The notes beneath the pieces were generated by a model. It saw nothing but the letters and a program-made list of their open reading frames with translations. It was not told where the DNA came from and did no database searches. From Nostoc sp. UHCC 0870 (GTDB taxonomy: Bacteria; Cyanobacteriota; Cyanobacteriia; Cyanobacteriales; Nostocaceae): a stretch of DNA of 64,000 nt. The DNA is taken from positions 4,563,141-4,627,140 of the forward strand of contig NZ_CP091913.1 in the NCBI RefSeq assembly GCF_022063185.1. Reading direction: 5' to 3'. The translations under genes were made by a program, and so were the position numbers. Below, piece by piece: positions 52,917-63,999 of this stretch (positions are counted from its first letter, which is position 1; each line of letters starts with the position of its first letter).

Positions 52917-53074
52917 CAATTCGCAATTCGCAATTCGCAATTCGCAATTAATGCCCACGGATAAATCCGGGGGCTTGAACCAATCAAAGTTTAAAATGTT
53001 TCTATCCATAAATAAATTTAGGGGTTTGTACCATCAAGGAATAATTGGTCATTTTGAATTTTGAATTTTGAATT
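52917..53074. repeat. heptamer arrays (CAATTCG, then TTTGAAT) inside a repeat-dense intergenic island
   Basis: caattcgcaattcgcaattcgcaatt ... ttttgaattttgaattttgaatt. Confidence 0.85.
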
Positions 53075-53226
53075 GGAGTGTAAAGCCTGCGGCATAGCTT
53101 CTCCTAACGGAGAGGCTGCGCCAACACTTAACGCGTAGCGGCTGTCTTTGCTACGCAACGCTGCCGCGAATGCGGTAGCGTCCCGCAGGGAACGTAGAGA
53201 AGCGAATCATAACTAATTTACCGCCA

Positions 53227-54198
53227 TTAAAAATTAGTTGAAAAGCCATAATTTGGCTGCCACTCTAAATAAAGAATACAGAAAATCAACCATAATAAAC
53301 CTGCGGCATATCCAGCCAAAACATCAGTAGGCCAATGTACTCCCAAATAGAGTCTACTAAAACCTACTGCCAAAATTATGACTGTAGTCGAACTTAAAAT
53401 TTGTTTACGCCATTGGGGAAATTGCTTCGCCAAAATATAAGCGATGCAGCCATAAATTGCTGTCGAAACCATTGCATGACCACTAGGAAAACTATAGTGA
53501 ACTGCATTGACAATATAATCCCAATGTGTGGGACGCGCCCTTCTAAAAATTTCTTTGAACAGCACATTTAAACCCACTGCACCCAAGGTTGCTATACCCA
53601 AAGTAGTTGCTTCTCGGTGGCGTTGATTCTGCCAGAGATTAATTCCTAGTGCGGAGCAAATTGACAGAAAAACTACCGGCTCACCCAAAAAAGTTATCCC
53701 CTTCATGATGGCATCAAGCAGAGGAGTATGAAGCTTTTGCAGTCCTAGCAAAATGCTTGTATCTAAACCATTTTTGTATAAAATCCCACTGCTTAAAACT
53801 AGAGTTGTCGCAGCCGCAGCCCCTAAAATTAGTTGACTGTTGAGTTTGTCTAATTGTGGCTGCATGGGCAGAGTTACTAGTTGTATAGGTTCTGCTGCTG
53901 TGGTTATAGATAAATTTTTAGGGAATTTTTGATAATCTAAAACAATATCGTGGAGTCGGGAAGCGATCGCACTATGCTTAAAATCAGGGCTAAATATCAC
54001 CAGCACATTGCCTGTTAAATGGTTAGCACTCACTTGGGTAATATTTTTCTCTTGTAATAGCCGTGATTCAATGTATTTTCCCAGAAGTTCGGAAAGGTGC
54101 AGTCCTTTTACCTTGAATCTGGCTCTACCTTTAACAGCCGTATGTATTGCCTGAATTAAACTATGCTCATTTGAGAGATTGCTAAAATTCCCGTTCAT
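53227..54198 (-). CDS. PAP2-family phosphatase with an N-terminal soluble domain of about 130 aa
   Basis: PAP2 motifs (KEIFRRARP, SFPSGHA, SRLYLGVHWPTDV) in the C-terminal membrane half. Confidence 0.65.
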   Translation of the reverse strand: MNGNFSNLSNEHSLIQAIHTAVKGRARFKVKGLHLSELLGKYIESRLLQEKNITQVSANHLTGNVLVIFSPDFKHSAIASRLHDIVLDYQKFPKNLSITTAAEPIQLVTLPMQPQLDKLNSQLILGAAAATTLVLSSGILYKNGLDTSILLGLQKLHTPLLDAIMKGITFLGEPVVFLSICSALGINLWQNQRHREATTLGIATLGAVGLNVLFKEIFRRARPTHWDYIVNAVHYSFPSGHAMVSTAIYGCIAYILAKQFPQWRKQILSSTTVIILAVGFSRLYLGVHWPTDVLAGYAAGLLWLIFCILYLEWQPNYGFSTNF

Positions 54199-54327
54199 CG
54201 TCCCAGAAGTCCATCTTGAATTATTAATTTCCTACACCAATAATCCTTAACTCCACCGTATTTTAGTATAGGCGATCGCACCAACAATAAAAAACCTTCC
54301 CTAGAACAGAGAAGGTTCAAATGATTG

Positions 54328-54382
54328 AGTTCGTAGTAAGGACTTTAGTCCTTAAAAAAGGGCTAAAGCCCTTACTACGAAC
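54328..54382. repeat. small palindromic interspersed element, copy 2 (TCGTAGTAAGGACTTTAGTCC..GGGCTAAAGCCCTTACTACGAAC)
   Basis: Homologous to the copies at 15951-16007 and 59992-60046. Confidence 0.8.
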
Positions 54383-54385
54383 CTA

Positions 54386-55417
54386 TTAAAACCCAGTAAC
54401 AACAGGTTGGGAAATTTGAGGTTGCAGAATATCAGTATTAAAGTGGTTGACAATCTCATTTCCTATGGTGGTATTCACCCAATCATGATAATGAGCCAAT
54501 TCCCAGCTAGCATTACCGTTGAAACGCGCGCCTTCGGTGCGATCGCTAATTAAAATGCGACCTTGTGTAGAGTTACTTAAAGCGCGAGATGCGGCTTCTC
54601 GGATAAATTGTAATGAGCCTGGTTGGTAGTTTTCCATCCCTTTGAGGCTAAAAACCGCTAATTGTCCCTGATACCAACCGCCATCATAAAGATAATCAAC
54701 TTGAATTTGACCCGTACCATCGACAATAAAAGTACCTGTTTCAAACAGAGGACGGTTAACATATTGTGATAATTCTTGTCCAACTTTGGTATTTAACCAA
54801 TTACGGTTGGCGTAGACAGCATCTTGTAGTTCAGGTGCAGTTGCAGTTGCACCCAATACCTGAACCACCATATCGTTGAAATCACGATCACTGGTTTTTA
54901 AGGTATTAATATCTTCCCAACCGAAGGTATTACCCTTACCCGTGATATCTGCAATCTGGGGTGAAACTGTCCCGGTTTTTGTATCTACTGAACCGAAAGA
55001 AAACAGAACTTTGTCTGTATTAATAGATGTACTTTGAGCAATCTTCGCTACCGTAGTATCAGTAACTAACATCATGGCGAAGGTAGTTCCGGCTGTCATG
55101 TCAAACAGCTGCGGCCCTTGGTAGACACCACCATTAAAATCTTTCTCCCAGGATAATTCATGATTCAGGTCGCTAAAACGAGCGCGATCGCTTTCATCCC
55201 GAACAACTACATAACCGGAATTAGAATTGCTGAGGGCGCGTTTAGTTGCTTCCAGGATAAATTCTGCCGAACCTACCTTCATATCTTCCATACCTTGAAG
55301 ACTGAAGATTGCTAGTTCTCCCTTATTCAATCCACCATCATATAGAAAATCAACGCTAACTTTGCCCGATAATTCAACAGTAAAAATTCCATTATTTAAG
55401 TCAGCAATTGTTGTCAT
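54386..55417 (-). CDS. DUF4114-domain protein (two tandem DUF4114-like repeats)
   Basis: Duplicated V(S/Q)VD(F/Y)LYDGG.(N/Y).G.LA(I/V)FSL.GME motif, characteristic of DUF4114. Confidence 0.55.
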   Translation of the reverse strand: MTTIADLNNGIFTVELSGKVSVDFLYDGGLNKGELAIFSLQGMEDMKVGSAEFILEATKRALSNSNSGYVVVRDESDRARFSDLNHELSWEKDFNGGVYQGPQLFDMTAGTTFAMMLVTDTTVAKIAQSTSINTDKVLFSFGSVDTKTGTVSPQIADITGKGNTFGWEDINTLKTSDRDFNDMVVQVLGATATAPELQDAVYANRNWLNTKVGQELSQYVNRPLFETGTFIVDGTGQIQVDYLYDGGWYQGQLAVFSLKGMENYQPGSLQFIREAASRALSNSTQGRILISDRTEGARFNGNASWELAHYHDWVNTTIGNEIVNHFNTDILQPQISQPVVTGF

Positions 55418-55665
55418 TTTTTTATTTTTAGCAATTCAAAGAAGCAACTTGGTTCATTTTTTTAACTTTTATTACGCGAAAAAATAAGCTGTAATTACAC
55501 GTTTTTTTATATAAAGTTTCTATTAAGAAAGTAACTGGTTATTTAAAGGTATAGGGGACAGGCAAATAATGTATGTAATTAATTCTGTTTAAGACACAAC
55601 GAACTATACTCTGTTAAAATACAGAATTGGGGCATTCGCTTTCAGTCTTGGCGTTTACTGCCCAA

Positions 55666-55778
55666 CTAGTACAGCACGGCGTAAATAAACAGACCATTCT
55701 CAATCGTTCAAAGCCTTAAGATATAGGACTTTTGACTTTTGATTTTTGACTTTTGACTTCCGCGTAGCGGTACTAGCC
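55666..55778. repeat. interspersed intergenic element, copy 2 (conserved arms flanking a TTTTGAC array)
   Basis: ctagtacagcacggcgtaaataaac ... ttttgacttttgatttttgacttttgac ttccgcgtagcggtactagcc. Matches the copy at 28924-29040. Confidence 0.8.
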
Positions 55779-55848
55779 ATGCCAACCATCCGTCCGCCTC
55801 AAACTGATGCCGCCACTGGCGACAGGCCGATGTTAATTCTGGAGTTTT

Positions 55849-57153
55849 ATGTCTTTTTCTACTCTCGGCTTGTCAAAAGAAATTATCCGTGCAGTCACCG
55901 AACGGGGTTACACCAAACCTACACCAATCCAGATGCAGGCGATTCCTGCCGTCTTGTCGGGGCGTGATTTGCTAGCTGGCGCACAAACGGGGACTGGAAA
56001 GACTGCCAGCTTCACGCTACCGCTTTTACATCGGTTGTCTTCCGACAATAGCGTTCAAAATACATCTAATGAATACTCACCAATCCGGGCGTTGATTCTC
56101 ACCCCAACTCGTGAACTCGCCGCACAGGTGGAGTTAAGCGTGCGTGAGTATGGCAAGTATCTAAATTTGAACACGATGGCAATGTTCGGTGGGGTCAGCA
56201 TTAATCCCCAAAAACGGCTTTTGAAGGGTCGTGTGGATATTCTAGTTTCTACCCCAGGGCGACTGCTAGACCATGTGCAGCAGGGTACGATAAATCTGTC
56301 ACATATCGAGATTTTAGTGCTAGATGAAGCAGATCGGATGTTAGACATGGGTTTTATTCGTGATATCCGGCGCATTCTCTCGCTCCTACCCAAACAGCGA
56401 CAAAATTTGCTATTCTTCGCCACCTTCTCAGAAAAAATTAAGGCACTTGCTACCGGGCTACTTAATCAACCGAAGATGATCGAGGTAGCACGCCGCAACG
56501 TTACCGCCGATACAGTAGCCCAAAAAGTCTACAAAGTAGACCGTGACCGGAAACGTCACCTACTTGCTCACCTAATTCGGCAAGATAACTGGTATCAAGT
56601 GTTAGTATTCACTAGAACAAAGTATGGTGCTGACCGTCTGGTTAAGGAGTTAAGCCAGGAGCGTATTCAAGCACTAGCCATTCACGGTAATAAGAGTCAG
56701 TCGGCGCGTACCCACGCTTTAGCAAAGTTCAAGAACGGTAGTTTACAGGTATTGGTGGCAACAGACATTGCAGCGCGAGGTCTTGACATCAGTGAACTAC
56801 CCCATGTGGTCAATTTCGATCTGCCCAATGTACCAGAAGATTATGTTCATCGCATTGGTCGTACTGGTCGCGCTGGTGCGTCAGGTGAAGCGGTATCGCT
56901 GGTATGCGTCGATGAATACCCGTTGTTGGCAGATATCGAAAAACTGATTGAACAGCGATTACCTGTTGAAGTGGTTGCTGGCTTGGGAGCGAATTCCCAC
57001 ACCAAGCTGGAAGCAGTTCCAGATGAACGCAAGCACAGACCTCAAGGTAGCCAACGTCCGGTTCGCTCTACAGCTAAAAAATCGGCACAGCGAACCATAA
57101 CAGGTGGGAAAAAGTCTGATGGTCGTCCCGGTCGCATCAAGCCTATGAGCTAA
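55849..57153 (+). CDS. crhR: DEAD-box ATP-dependent RNA helicase (CrhR/RhlE-like)
   Basis: Q-motif, Walker [13 protein letters not shown] box [21 protein letters not shown] and a basic C-terminal tail. Confidence 0.85.
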   Translation: MSFSTLGLSKEIIRAVTERGYTKPTPIQMQAIPAVLSGRDLLAGAQTGTGKTASFTLPLLHRLSSDNSVQNTSNEYSPIRALILTPTRELAAQVELSVREYGKYLNLNTMAMFGGVSINPQKRLLKGRVDILVSTPGRLLDHVQQGTINLSHIEILVLDEADRMLDMGFIRDIRRILSLLPKQRQNLLFFATFSEKIKALATGLLNQPKMIEVARRNVTADTVAQKVYKVDRDRKRHLLAHLIRQDNWYQVLVFTRTKYGADRLVKELSQERIQALAIHGNKSQSARTHALAKFKNGSLQVLVATDIAARGLDISELPHVVNFDLPNVPEDYVHRIGRTGRAGASGEAVSLVCVDEYPLLADIEKLIEQRLPVEVVAGLGANSHTKLEAVPDERKHRPQGSQRPVRSTAKKSAQRTITGGKKSDGRPGRIKPMS

Positions 57154-57303
57154 ACGAAGCCTGACCGGGGAATGGAAAATTCAAAATAAAAAACCTCTTG
57201 CAAAAGTCCGAAAATGATATGTGTCATTCTGAACGAAATGTAGAATCTTTGAGATGTTTCGCTTCGCTCAACATGACAGGTTCAGCATTTATGTAAGAGG
57301 TAC

Positions 57304-57337
57304 AAAAAACCCTCATAAAAATTATGAGGGTTTTTTA
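57304..57337. terminator. bidirectional intrinsic terminator shared by crhR (+) and rpsU (-)
   Basis: AAAAAA-CCCTCATAA-AAA-TTATGAGGG-TTTTTT. Perfect 9-bp stem. Confidence 0.7.
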
Positions 57338-57352
57338 TACTTATCACACTAT

Positions 57353-57541
57353 TTAAGTGCGGAAACGTCTTTTACTTTGCTTGTGCAAGGCAATCTTTTT
57401 GCGCTTGGATTTTTCAATAGGCGTTTCAAAGTGACGGTGCTTCCTCATATCTTGAAAAATGCCCGCCTTGGAAACTTCTCGCTTAAATCGACGTAAGGCT
57501 GATTCAATGTGTTCATTGTCCCCTACTACTATTTGGGTCAT
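57353..57541 (-). CDS. rpsU: 30S ribosomal protein S21
   Basis: 62-aa basic protein [28 protein letters not shown]... typical of bS21. Confidence 0.9.
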   Translation of the reverse strand: MTQIVVGDNEHIESALRRFKREVSKAGIFQDMRKHRHFETPIEKSKRKKIALHKQSKRRFRT

Positions 57542-57670
57542 TATCCCTCCTGCTAAATTGGCTTAATTAATGGCTCATAATGGTCAGTTGTCTAGTTGAC
57601 TAAAGTGTAAAAAAAGTCAGACTCTTGATATAACCTGAAAATTCGGTTGAAAAATTTCAGTTTTCAAAAC

Positions 57671-57991
57671 TTAGTAGCGGTTACGTCCGCCACCTCCACC
57701 GCCACCGTATCCTCCCCCACGGTTTCCACCAAAAGAACCCCCTCTATCTTCTTTAGGCTTGGCTTTGTTAACTTTGAGGTCACGACCCATCCATTCAGCA
57801 CCGTCAAGGGCTTCGATGGCAGCTGTTTCTTCAGCTTCAGTTCCCATTTCCACAAAAGCAAAACCGCGTGGACGGCCTGTTTCACGGTCAGTAGGTACTT
57901 GAACCCGCTTTACAGTACCGTATTCGGCAAAAACAGCACTCAAGGTATCTTGAGTAACTTCGTAAGAGAGGTTGCCTACATAAATTGACAT
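57671..57991 (-). CDS. rbpA: RRM-type RNA-binding protein with a Gly-rich C-terminus (RbpA-type, cold-shock-like)
   Basis: RNP2 IYVGNLSY, RNP1 RGFAFVEM and a GGGYGGGGGGGRNRY tail. Lies upstream of rpsU on the same strand. Confidence 0.85.
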   Translation of the reverse strand: MSIYVGNLSYEVTQDTLSAVFAEYGTVKRVQVPTDRETGRPRGFAFVEMGTEAEETAAIEALDGAEWMGRDLKVNKAKPKEDRGGSFGGNRGGGYGGGGGGGRNRY

Positions 57992-58231
57992 AGATTGTCT
58001 CCAAAATTATTACTGTGTAGAGATTTAAATTTCGGAGAAAAACCTGTCAAGACCAAAAGGGAAAAACCTGTCAATACTAAAAACAAAGATGCTCACCGAA
58101 TTAACTCTCCTTCTATAGGATGCCATAGAAGCCGATTGTCTGCATCCAGTAGATGGTTAATCAGTGATGTATTGAAAGTGAAGATTGAGAATTAGCAAGA
58201 GTTTCCACTGACGCAATGTCCAATCCTTTAA

Positions 58232-59089
58232 TTATTCTACATCTTTAATACGGGTTTTTCGTTCGACAATCTCCTTGAGTATCAAGGTGACGACGGCGAG
58301 TAAGGCTAACAATACAGCCGCAGAAAATGCTGCCTCTGTTTTGTATTGTTTATAAGCTTCTTCGACAAATAAGGGTAAGCTTTGGGTAATATTAGCAATG
58401 TTACCTGAGACAACGGACACCGCGCCAAATTCACCCATTGCCCTCGCATTGGTCAAAATTAAACCATAAAGCAACCCCCAACGAATCCCAGGTAAGGTCA
58501 CGCGCCAAAATATCTGCCAATCATTTGCACCCAGGGTTCTAGCGGCTTCTTCTTGGTCTTGACCAAATTCTTCTAAAACGGGGATGACTTCCCGCGCCAC
58601 AAAGGGCATACTCACAAAAGTTGTTGCTAATACCATCCCTGGTAAGGCAAAGACAACTTTCACGTCATGAGCTTCCAGAATAGTGCCAAACCAGCCATTC
58701 CGCCCGTAGAGTAACACAATCATCAAACCAGCAACGACAGGGGAGATGGAAAAAGGCAGGTCAATCAGACTTAAGACGAAAGCACGTCCGGGGAATTTAT
58801 GCCGCGCGATCGCCCAGGCTGCACACAAACCAAATACTAAATTTAAAGGTACGGAAATTAATGCCAATACTAGGGTTAATTTGGCAGCATAAAGGAAATC
58901 AGTACGGCCGAGGTTGTCTATAAATGGCCCTACGCCCTTACTGAAGGCTTGAAAAAAAACGTTAATGGCGGGGATATATTGAACTAGGGCTAAATATGCG
59001 ATCGCAATTCCAATTAACAATGTGGGAACGAAACTCTTCTTTTGTCTGGGATGAGACGTATTTGCCTTAGATCCCTTACTTATTGTCAT
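58232..59089 (-). CDS. cysW: sulfate ABC transporter permease CysW
   Basis: ABC permease EAA-like loop and six TM helices. Downstream of cysT and overlaps it by 14 nt. Confidence 0.85.
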   Translation of the reverse strand: MTISKGSKANTSHPRQKKSFVPTLLIGIAIAYLALVQYIPAINVFFQAFSKGVGPFIDNLGRTDFLYAAKLTLVLALISVPLNLVFGLCAAWAIARHKFPGRAFVLSLIDLPFSISPVVAGLMIVLLYGRNGWFGTILEAHDVKVVFALPGMVLATTFVSMPFVAREVIPVLEEFGQDQEEAARTLGANDWQIFWRVTLPGIRWGLLYGLILTNARAMGEFGAVSVVSGNIANITQSLPLFVEEAYKQYKTEAAFSAAVLLALLAVVTLILKEIVERKTRIKDVE

Positions 59090-59951
59090 ATCTTCTTGCC
59101 CAAGATTGTAATAAATTGATTGTTAAGAGCAATACTAGGGAAATAGCCAGTAGCACTACGCCAATGACAGTTGCACCAGAATAGTCATACTGCTCTAAAC
59201 GTTGGAAAATCAACACAGGGGCAATCAAATCTTGAAATGGTGTATTAGAAGCAATGATCACCGTCGAACCATACTCCCCCACCGCACGGGAAAAACCCAA
59301 AGCTACACCTGTCAAAATCGAAGGTAATAAGGGAGGTAAAATCACTTTCCAAAAAGTTTGCCACTGGGAAGCACCCAAAGACCAAGCAGCTTCTTCAATT
59401 TCTATTTCCATTTCTTGTAGTACAGGTTGTACTGTTCTGACTACAAAAGGTAATGAAATAAACACCATTGCCACCCAAACACCTAAGCGGGTGAAGGATA
59501 CTTTAATCCCCATTGGTGCAAGCAGCGAACCAATCCAGCCATTATTACTGTACACTGTTGCTAGTGTTAAACCTGCTACCGCAGTTGGTAATGCAAACGG
59601 TAAATCTACGGTAGCATCAATTATTCTTTTGAGGGGAAAGTCGTAGCGCACTAACACCCAAGCTATGAGAGTCCCAAAGATGCCATTGAGTAACGCAGCC
59701 AGTAAGGAAGTGACAAAGGTGACGTTGTAAGTGGCTAAAGCCAGATCACTAGTAGCAATTGCCCAAAATCTAGTCGGTGTTTCTGTACTGGCTTTAAGAA
59801 ACATGGCAGCCATTGGGAGAAATAACATAATTGTTAGATATCCCCAAGTAATCCGCCATGTCCAAGGCATTTTTATGACTGGACGGAGAAATTTTTGCCA
59901 AACCGGAATTTTATGATCAATTTCCGCAGTAGGAGATAAGCTCATAGACAA
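59076..59951 (-). CDS. cysT: sulfate ABC transporter permease CysT
   Basis: CysT/CysU-type permease motifs. Follows the substrate-binding protein gene. Confidence 0.85.
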   Translation of the reverse strand: MSMSLSPTAEIDHKIPVWQKFLRPVIKMPWTWRITWGYLTIMLFLPMAAMFLKASTETPTRFWAIATSDLALATYNVTFVTSLLAALLNGIFGTLIAWVLVRYDFPLKRIIDATVDLPFALPTAVAGLTLATVYSNNGWIGSLLAPMGIKVSFTRLGVWVAMVFISLPFVVRTVQPVLQEMEIEIEEAAWSLGASQWQTFWKVILPPLLPSILTGVALGFSRAVGEYGSTVIIASNTPFQDLIAPVLIFQRLEQYDYSGATVIGVVLLAISLVLLLTINLLQSWARRYDNK

Positions 59952-59991
59952 TTCAAAATGAGTTAAGTAGAACGGTGTAAATAATTAAAGG

Positions 59992-60046
59992 TTTGTAGTC
60001 AGGATTTTAGTCCGAAAAGAAGGACTAAAGTCCTTACTACGAACTC
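59992..60046. repeat. small palindromic interspersed element, copy 3
   Basis: gtttgtagtcaggattttagtccgaaaagaaggactaaagtccttactacgaac read directly. Confidence 0.8.
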
Positions 60047-60058
60047 GATCACAATCCG

Positions 60059-61249
60059 CTATCTTTTAATACTGGATTGAACTTGGTCAAATACACCGCC
60101 ATCAGCGAAGAATTTTTGGTCAATGGTTTGCCAACCACCAAAGTCTTGAGCTGTACCTAGAGTTTTGACTGCGGGGAACTTATCTTTGACTTCTTTGGTT
60201 TGAGCTACTGTCTCTTCTACTGGTCGGAATCCTAATTTGACAAACTCTTGTTGTGCCTCTGGTGTATAGAGGAATTTCACAAACGCTTCTGCCACTTCTC
60301 TATTACCGTGTTTATCAACGTTTTTATCAACCACTGCAATGGGATTATCGATGGAAATGTTAACTTCGGGGATAATGTAGTCTAGTTTCTCACCTTTTTG
60401 TTCTGCCAAGATAACTTCATTTTCGTAGTTGATTAAAGCGTCTCCCTGTCCTTGTTTAGCAAATGCGTCTGTTGCTTCTCGTGCATCTCTAGTCAAAATT
60501 GGCACATTTCTATAGACTTGAGTGACAAATTCTTTGGCTTTGGCTTCATCGCCGCCATTTTTAATCCCAGCATTCCACAGTGCTAAAAAGTTCCAACGGG
60601 CAACACCAGAGGTTTTGGGGTCAGCTGTAATTACTTTAATATCATCTTTAGCTAAATCTGCCCAATTTTTGATGCCTTTGGGGTTTCCTGGGCGAGTAAT
60701 GATTGCTGCTACAGATTTAGAAACTATACCGTTATTCGGAACTTCTTTTTCCCATCCTGGCGCAATCAGTCCAGCCTTCTCAATCTTTTCTGTGTCTAGT
60801 GCCAATGCCAAGTGAACCACATCTGCATCTAATCCATCAATGACAGCACGAGTTTGAGAACCTGAGCCACCGTAACTTTGTCTAAAGGTGACAGTCTGGT
60901 TATGTTCTTGCTGCCATTTTTCGACAAACTTGGGAATAATCGCCTCGTGAGCTAGTTTGGTGACAGCAAAGGAAACTAGGGTGATTTGGACATTTGGTTT
61001 GTTGGCAGCAACAGGATTCGCGGTAGATGCTTCGCCAGTGGTATTATTTTCATTTCCCCCAGAGCAAGCAGCAAGGGTGAGACTCAACATTGTTCCCACT
61101 ATCATCAATGAGACAAAGCCTTTTAAGGAACTAAATCTAAATCTCAACAGGCTTTTTCCCTGCCCAGCAATCAGCTGTAATTGTTTAAGGGGTCGCTGCC
61201 ACAAGCTCATGCCAAATTCTCCTAGAGAATATACGGTTAATCGATGCAA
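60059..61249 (-). CDS. sbp: sulfate/thiosulfate ABC transporter substrate-binding protein. The real start is probably an internal Met before the lipobox LTLAAC
   Basis: Sbp/CysP family periplasmic binding fold. The N-terminal extension in the ORF track is likely not translated. Confidence 0.85.
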   Translation of the reverse strand: MHRLTVYSLGEFGMSLWQRPLKQLQLIAGQGKSLLRFRFSSLKGFVSLMIVGTMLSLTLAACSGGNENNTTGEASTANPVAANKPNVQITLVSFAVTKLAHEAIIPKFVEKWQQEHNQTVTFRQSYGGSGSQTRAVIDGLDADVVHLALALDTEKIEKAGLIAPGWEKEVPNNGIVSKSVAAIITRPGNPKGIKNWADLAKDDIKVITADPKTSGVARWNFLALWNAGIKNGGDEAKAKEFVTQVYRNVPILTRDAREATDAFAKQGQGDALINYENEVILAEQKGEKLDYIIPEVNISIDNPIAVVDKNVDKHGNREVAEAFVKFLYTPEAQQEFVKLGFRPVEETVAQTKEVKDKFPAVKTLGTAQDFGGWQTIDQKFFADGGVFDQVQSSIKR

Positions 61250-61373
61250 ATACAGTTGTATATAAATAATAATCGCAGACTTTTCGTAAAATTGACAAGC
61301 AAAAACTTCATATTCCCTATCGGAATATGGGAATTAAAACAATTCGCAATGGACTAACGTCCCGCTACGCTAA

Positions 61374-61455
61374 CGCAATTCGCAATTCGCAATTAAATTT
61401 TTCTTCCCCTGCTTCCCCTGCTTCCCCTGCCCCCTGCCCCCTGCCCCCTGCCCTA
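61374..61455. repeat. heptamer arrays (CAATTCG, then CTTCCCCTG/CCCCCTG) upstream of sbp
   Basis: caattcgcaattcgcaatt ... cttcccctgcttcccctgcttcccctgccccctgccccctgccccctgcc. Confidence 0.9.
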
Positions 61456-63999
61456 AACCATGCCAACTAGTCTGGCAACAGCCGAGGCTAAAGTGTCTGG
61501 TTCTATCGGTTTAGGTATGTGCATTTGAAAACCTACTGCCTGTGCCTGTTTTTGGTACAATTCTCCAGCGTATGCAGTCAGTGCGATCGCTGGAATTTGT
61601 CCGTTATTAGCCGATGTCCTAGTCCTAATTTGTTGTAACAGTTCATAGCCGTTCATTTGCGGCATTCCAATATCACTAACTAAGACATCGGGTTTTAAAC
61701 GCGCTAATATTTGCAAAGCTTCTAAACCTGATGATGCTGTTATCACTTCTGCTTGATACATTCGCAGGACAAAGGTAACAAATTCGAGGGAGTCGGCATC
61801 ATCATCCACAACTAAAACTTTAATCCCACTAAAATCAAAGGAAATATCTTGCTGCTGATTGTGCTTAGGAGTCTCTGAATTAAAAGTAATTGGTAGTTTA
61901 ACTGTGAAAGTTGCCCCCTGCCCAATACCAGGGCTATGGGCTGTAATAGTACCGCCATGTAGTTCCACTAAGTTACGGACAATTGCTAGTCCTAATCCCA
62001 AACCACCAAAGTTTCGGGTAATGCTGCTATCTTCTTGCCAAAAGTAATTAAATATGTATGGTAAAAATTCTGCACTGATGCCTTTACCTGTGTCACTGAT
62101 AGTGATTTGAGCATAGGATCTAATCTGCTCTAATCTGATTTCTATTTTCCCGCCTGGTGGTGTAAATTTGACAGCATTGGATAGTAGATTCCATAGAATT
62201 TGTTGTAAGCGGGCTGCATCTCCTGCTACTTTTCCTAAATTGGGTTCAATAATAGTTTGAATTTGGATGTTTTTATTTTCTAATGCTAAATGCACCGTTT
62301 CTATAGCGGCTCTTGTGATGGAAACAAGATTAACTGTGGAAACATTCAGGGTGATTTTACCCTGCATAATTCGAGATATATTTAGTAAGTCTTCAATTAG
62401 ACGTAACTGTAAATCGGCATTGCGCTCAATAGCTTCCAAGGCTTCAGCTGTTTTGTTTGCTTCTAATCGGCCACTTCTGATTAGTTTAATCCAACCCAGA
62501 ATTGGGTTCAGGGGAGTCCGCAGTTCGTGGGATAGGACTGCTAGAAATTCATCTTTAATCCGGTTAGAGGCTTCCGCTTGCTTACGTGCTGCTTGTTCTC
62601 TTTGTAATAACTGTTCCCGTTCTATTTCCAGTTGCTTGCGTAAGCGAAGCTCGTTGTAGACATCGCTAATTTCCTCACAGACAATATTAATACCGATGAC
62701 TTGTCCATTATCATCCTTCAAAGGATGCCAACTCTCTAGCCATGTGCGACTGACACCAGGTTGAGCAGCAGTTTCACCATTGATTTCAATGTTGAGGACA
62801 GGTTCACCTGTTTGGATAATATTACGTAATATGGGTTCGACTTCGCTTGCTAGGTTTGGGACAGTCTCTCGCACGCTACGCCCCAAATGTGCTTCTACTG
62901 GAATCCCATTAATTTCCGCTAACCGTTGATTAATCCGCACAAAGCGCAACTCAGTATCTAAAGCACCCAGACCAATCGGTGCAGTTTGGTAAATTGACTC
63001 AATTTCGTTGAGTTGACGGCGAATTTTTAGATCATTTTGCAGCAGTGTTTCCTCTATCTGTTTGCGGGTTGTAATTTCTTCTGCTACATAACAAAATCGA
63101 GGATGTCTAAACACAGATGAATTAATGGGGGCAACTGTCACTGACAAGTAAATAAGATGTTTCTGATTATCCTCATGAACATACTCAAATTTTACAGGTT
63201 CACCCCGTAATTCAGATTCACGGTACTGGGTCAGCCACACTTGAATAATAGTCGGGGTTACTCCCAACTCACTAGCCAGTTTCCCAGTTGTGCTACCTGG
63301 TTCATGACCAAAGAAACGGCAGGTGGTAGAGTTATCGTAAATGTGAAGAATATCATTCTCAGTAATCTCGACCACTCCCATTAGCATCGGTGCATTGTCG
63401 TAGTAACTTCTCAGAGTTGCTTCTCGTTCGGCTAAGGTGGCATTAACTTGTTGTAATTCAGCCGTCCGTGCTGCTACCCTTTGCTCTAATTCCTGGTTTG
63501 CCTGTTGCAGTCTTGCTTCTAATTGTTTACGCTTAGTCATGTCTGTGTGCGTTCCTGCCATCCGCACCACATTTCCCGCCTCATCCCACAGTGCTTGACC
63601 GCGATCCAGAATCCATTTATACGTGCCGTCTTTGCACTGGACACGATGCTCAGTGCTGTAAAATGGAGTTTTGCGCTCAAAGTGGTCTTGAATCGCCTGC
63701 ATGACCCAATTGATATCGTCGGGATGTACGCGTTTTGCCCATTCATCTAGATGGTTGTTAATTTCGTGGTCTGGGTATCCCAACATTTCTTTCCATCTAG
63801 CTGAGAAAAAAACTTCATTGGTAATAATATTCCAGTCCCAGACACCATCATTACTACCGCGTAGGGTTAATTGCCAGCGTTCTTCACTCTCCCGCAATTG
63901 TGCTTCTAGATGTTGGCGTTCAGTTTCAGCACGCACCCGATCGCTAATATCCCGTCCTTCTGGGAGCAACAGGATGACTGTTCCCGACTGATCAAGCAA
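61453..63999 (-). CDS. multi-PAS sensor hybrid histidine kinase with a C-terminal receiver domain. The 5' end runs off the window
   Basis: PAS/PAC repeats, H-box SHELRTPLNPI, HATPase_c (GGLGLGLAI) and a C-terminal REC (VLVVDDDADS...DIGMPQMNGYEL). No start codon within the window. Confidence 0.8.
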   Translation of the reverse strand: MLDQSGTVILLLPEGRDISDRVRAETERQHLEAQLRESEERWQLTLRGSNDGVWDWNIITNEVFFSARWKEMLGYPDHEINNHLDEWAKRVHPDDINWVMQAIQDHFERKTPFYSTEHRVQCKDGTYKWILDRGQALWDEAGNVVRMAGTHTDMTKRKQLEARLQQANQELEQRVAARTAELQQVNATLAEREATLRSYYDNAPMLMGVVEITENDILHIYDNSTTCRFFGHEPGSTTGKLASELGVTPTIIQVWLTQYRESELRGEPVKFEYVHEDNQKHLIYLSVTVAPINSSVFRHPRFCYVAEEITTRKQIEETLLQNDLKIRRQLNEIESIYQTAPIGLGALDTELRFVRINQRLAEINGIPVEAHLGRSVRETVPNLASEVEPILRNIIQTGEPVLNIEINGETAAQPGVSRTWLESWHPLKDDNGQVIGINIVCEEISDVYNELRLRKQLEIEREQLLQREQAARKQAEASNRIKDEFLAVLSHELRTPLNPILGWIKLIRSGRLEANKTAEALEAIERNADLQLRLIEDLLNISRIMQGKITLNVSTVNLVSITRAAIETVHLALENKNIQIQTIIEPNLGKVAGDAARLQQILWNLLSNAVKFTPPGGKIEIRLEQIRSYAQITISDTGKGISAEFLPYIFNYFWQEDSSITRNFGGLGLGLAIVRNLVELHGGTITAHSPGIGQGATFTVKLPITFNSETPKHNQQQDISFDFSGIKVLVVDDDADSLEFVTFVLRMYQAEVITASSGLEALQILARLKPDVLVSDIGMPQMNGYELLQQIRTRTSANNGQIPAIALTAYAGELYQKQAQAVGFQMHIPKPIEPDTLASAVARLVGMV

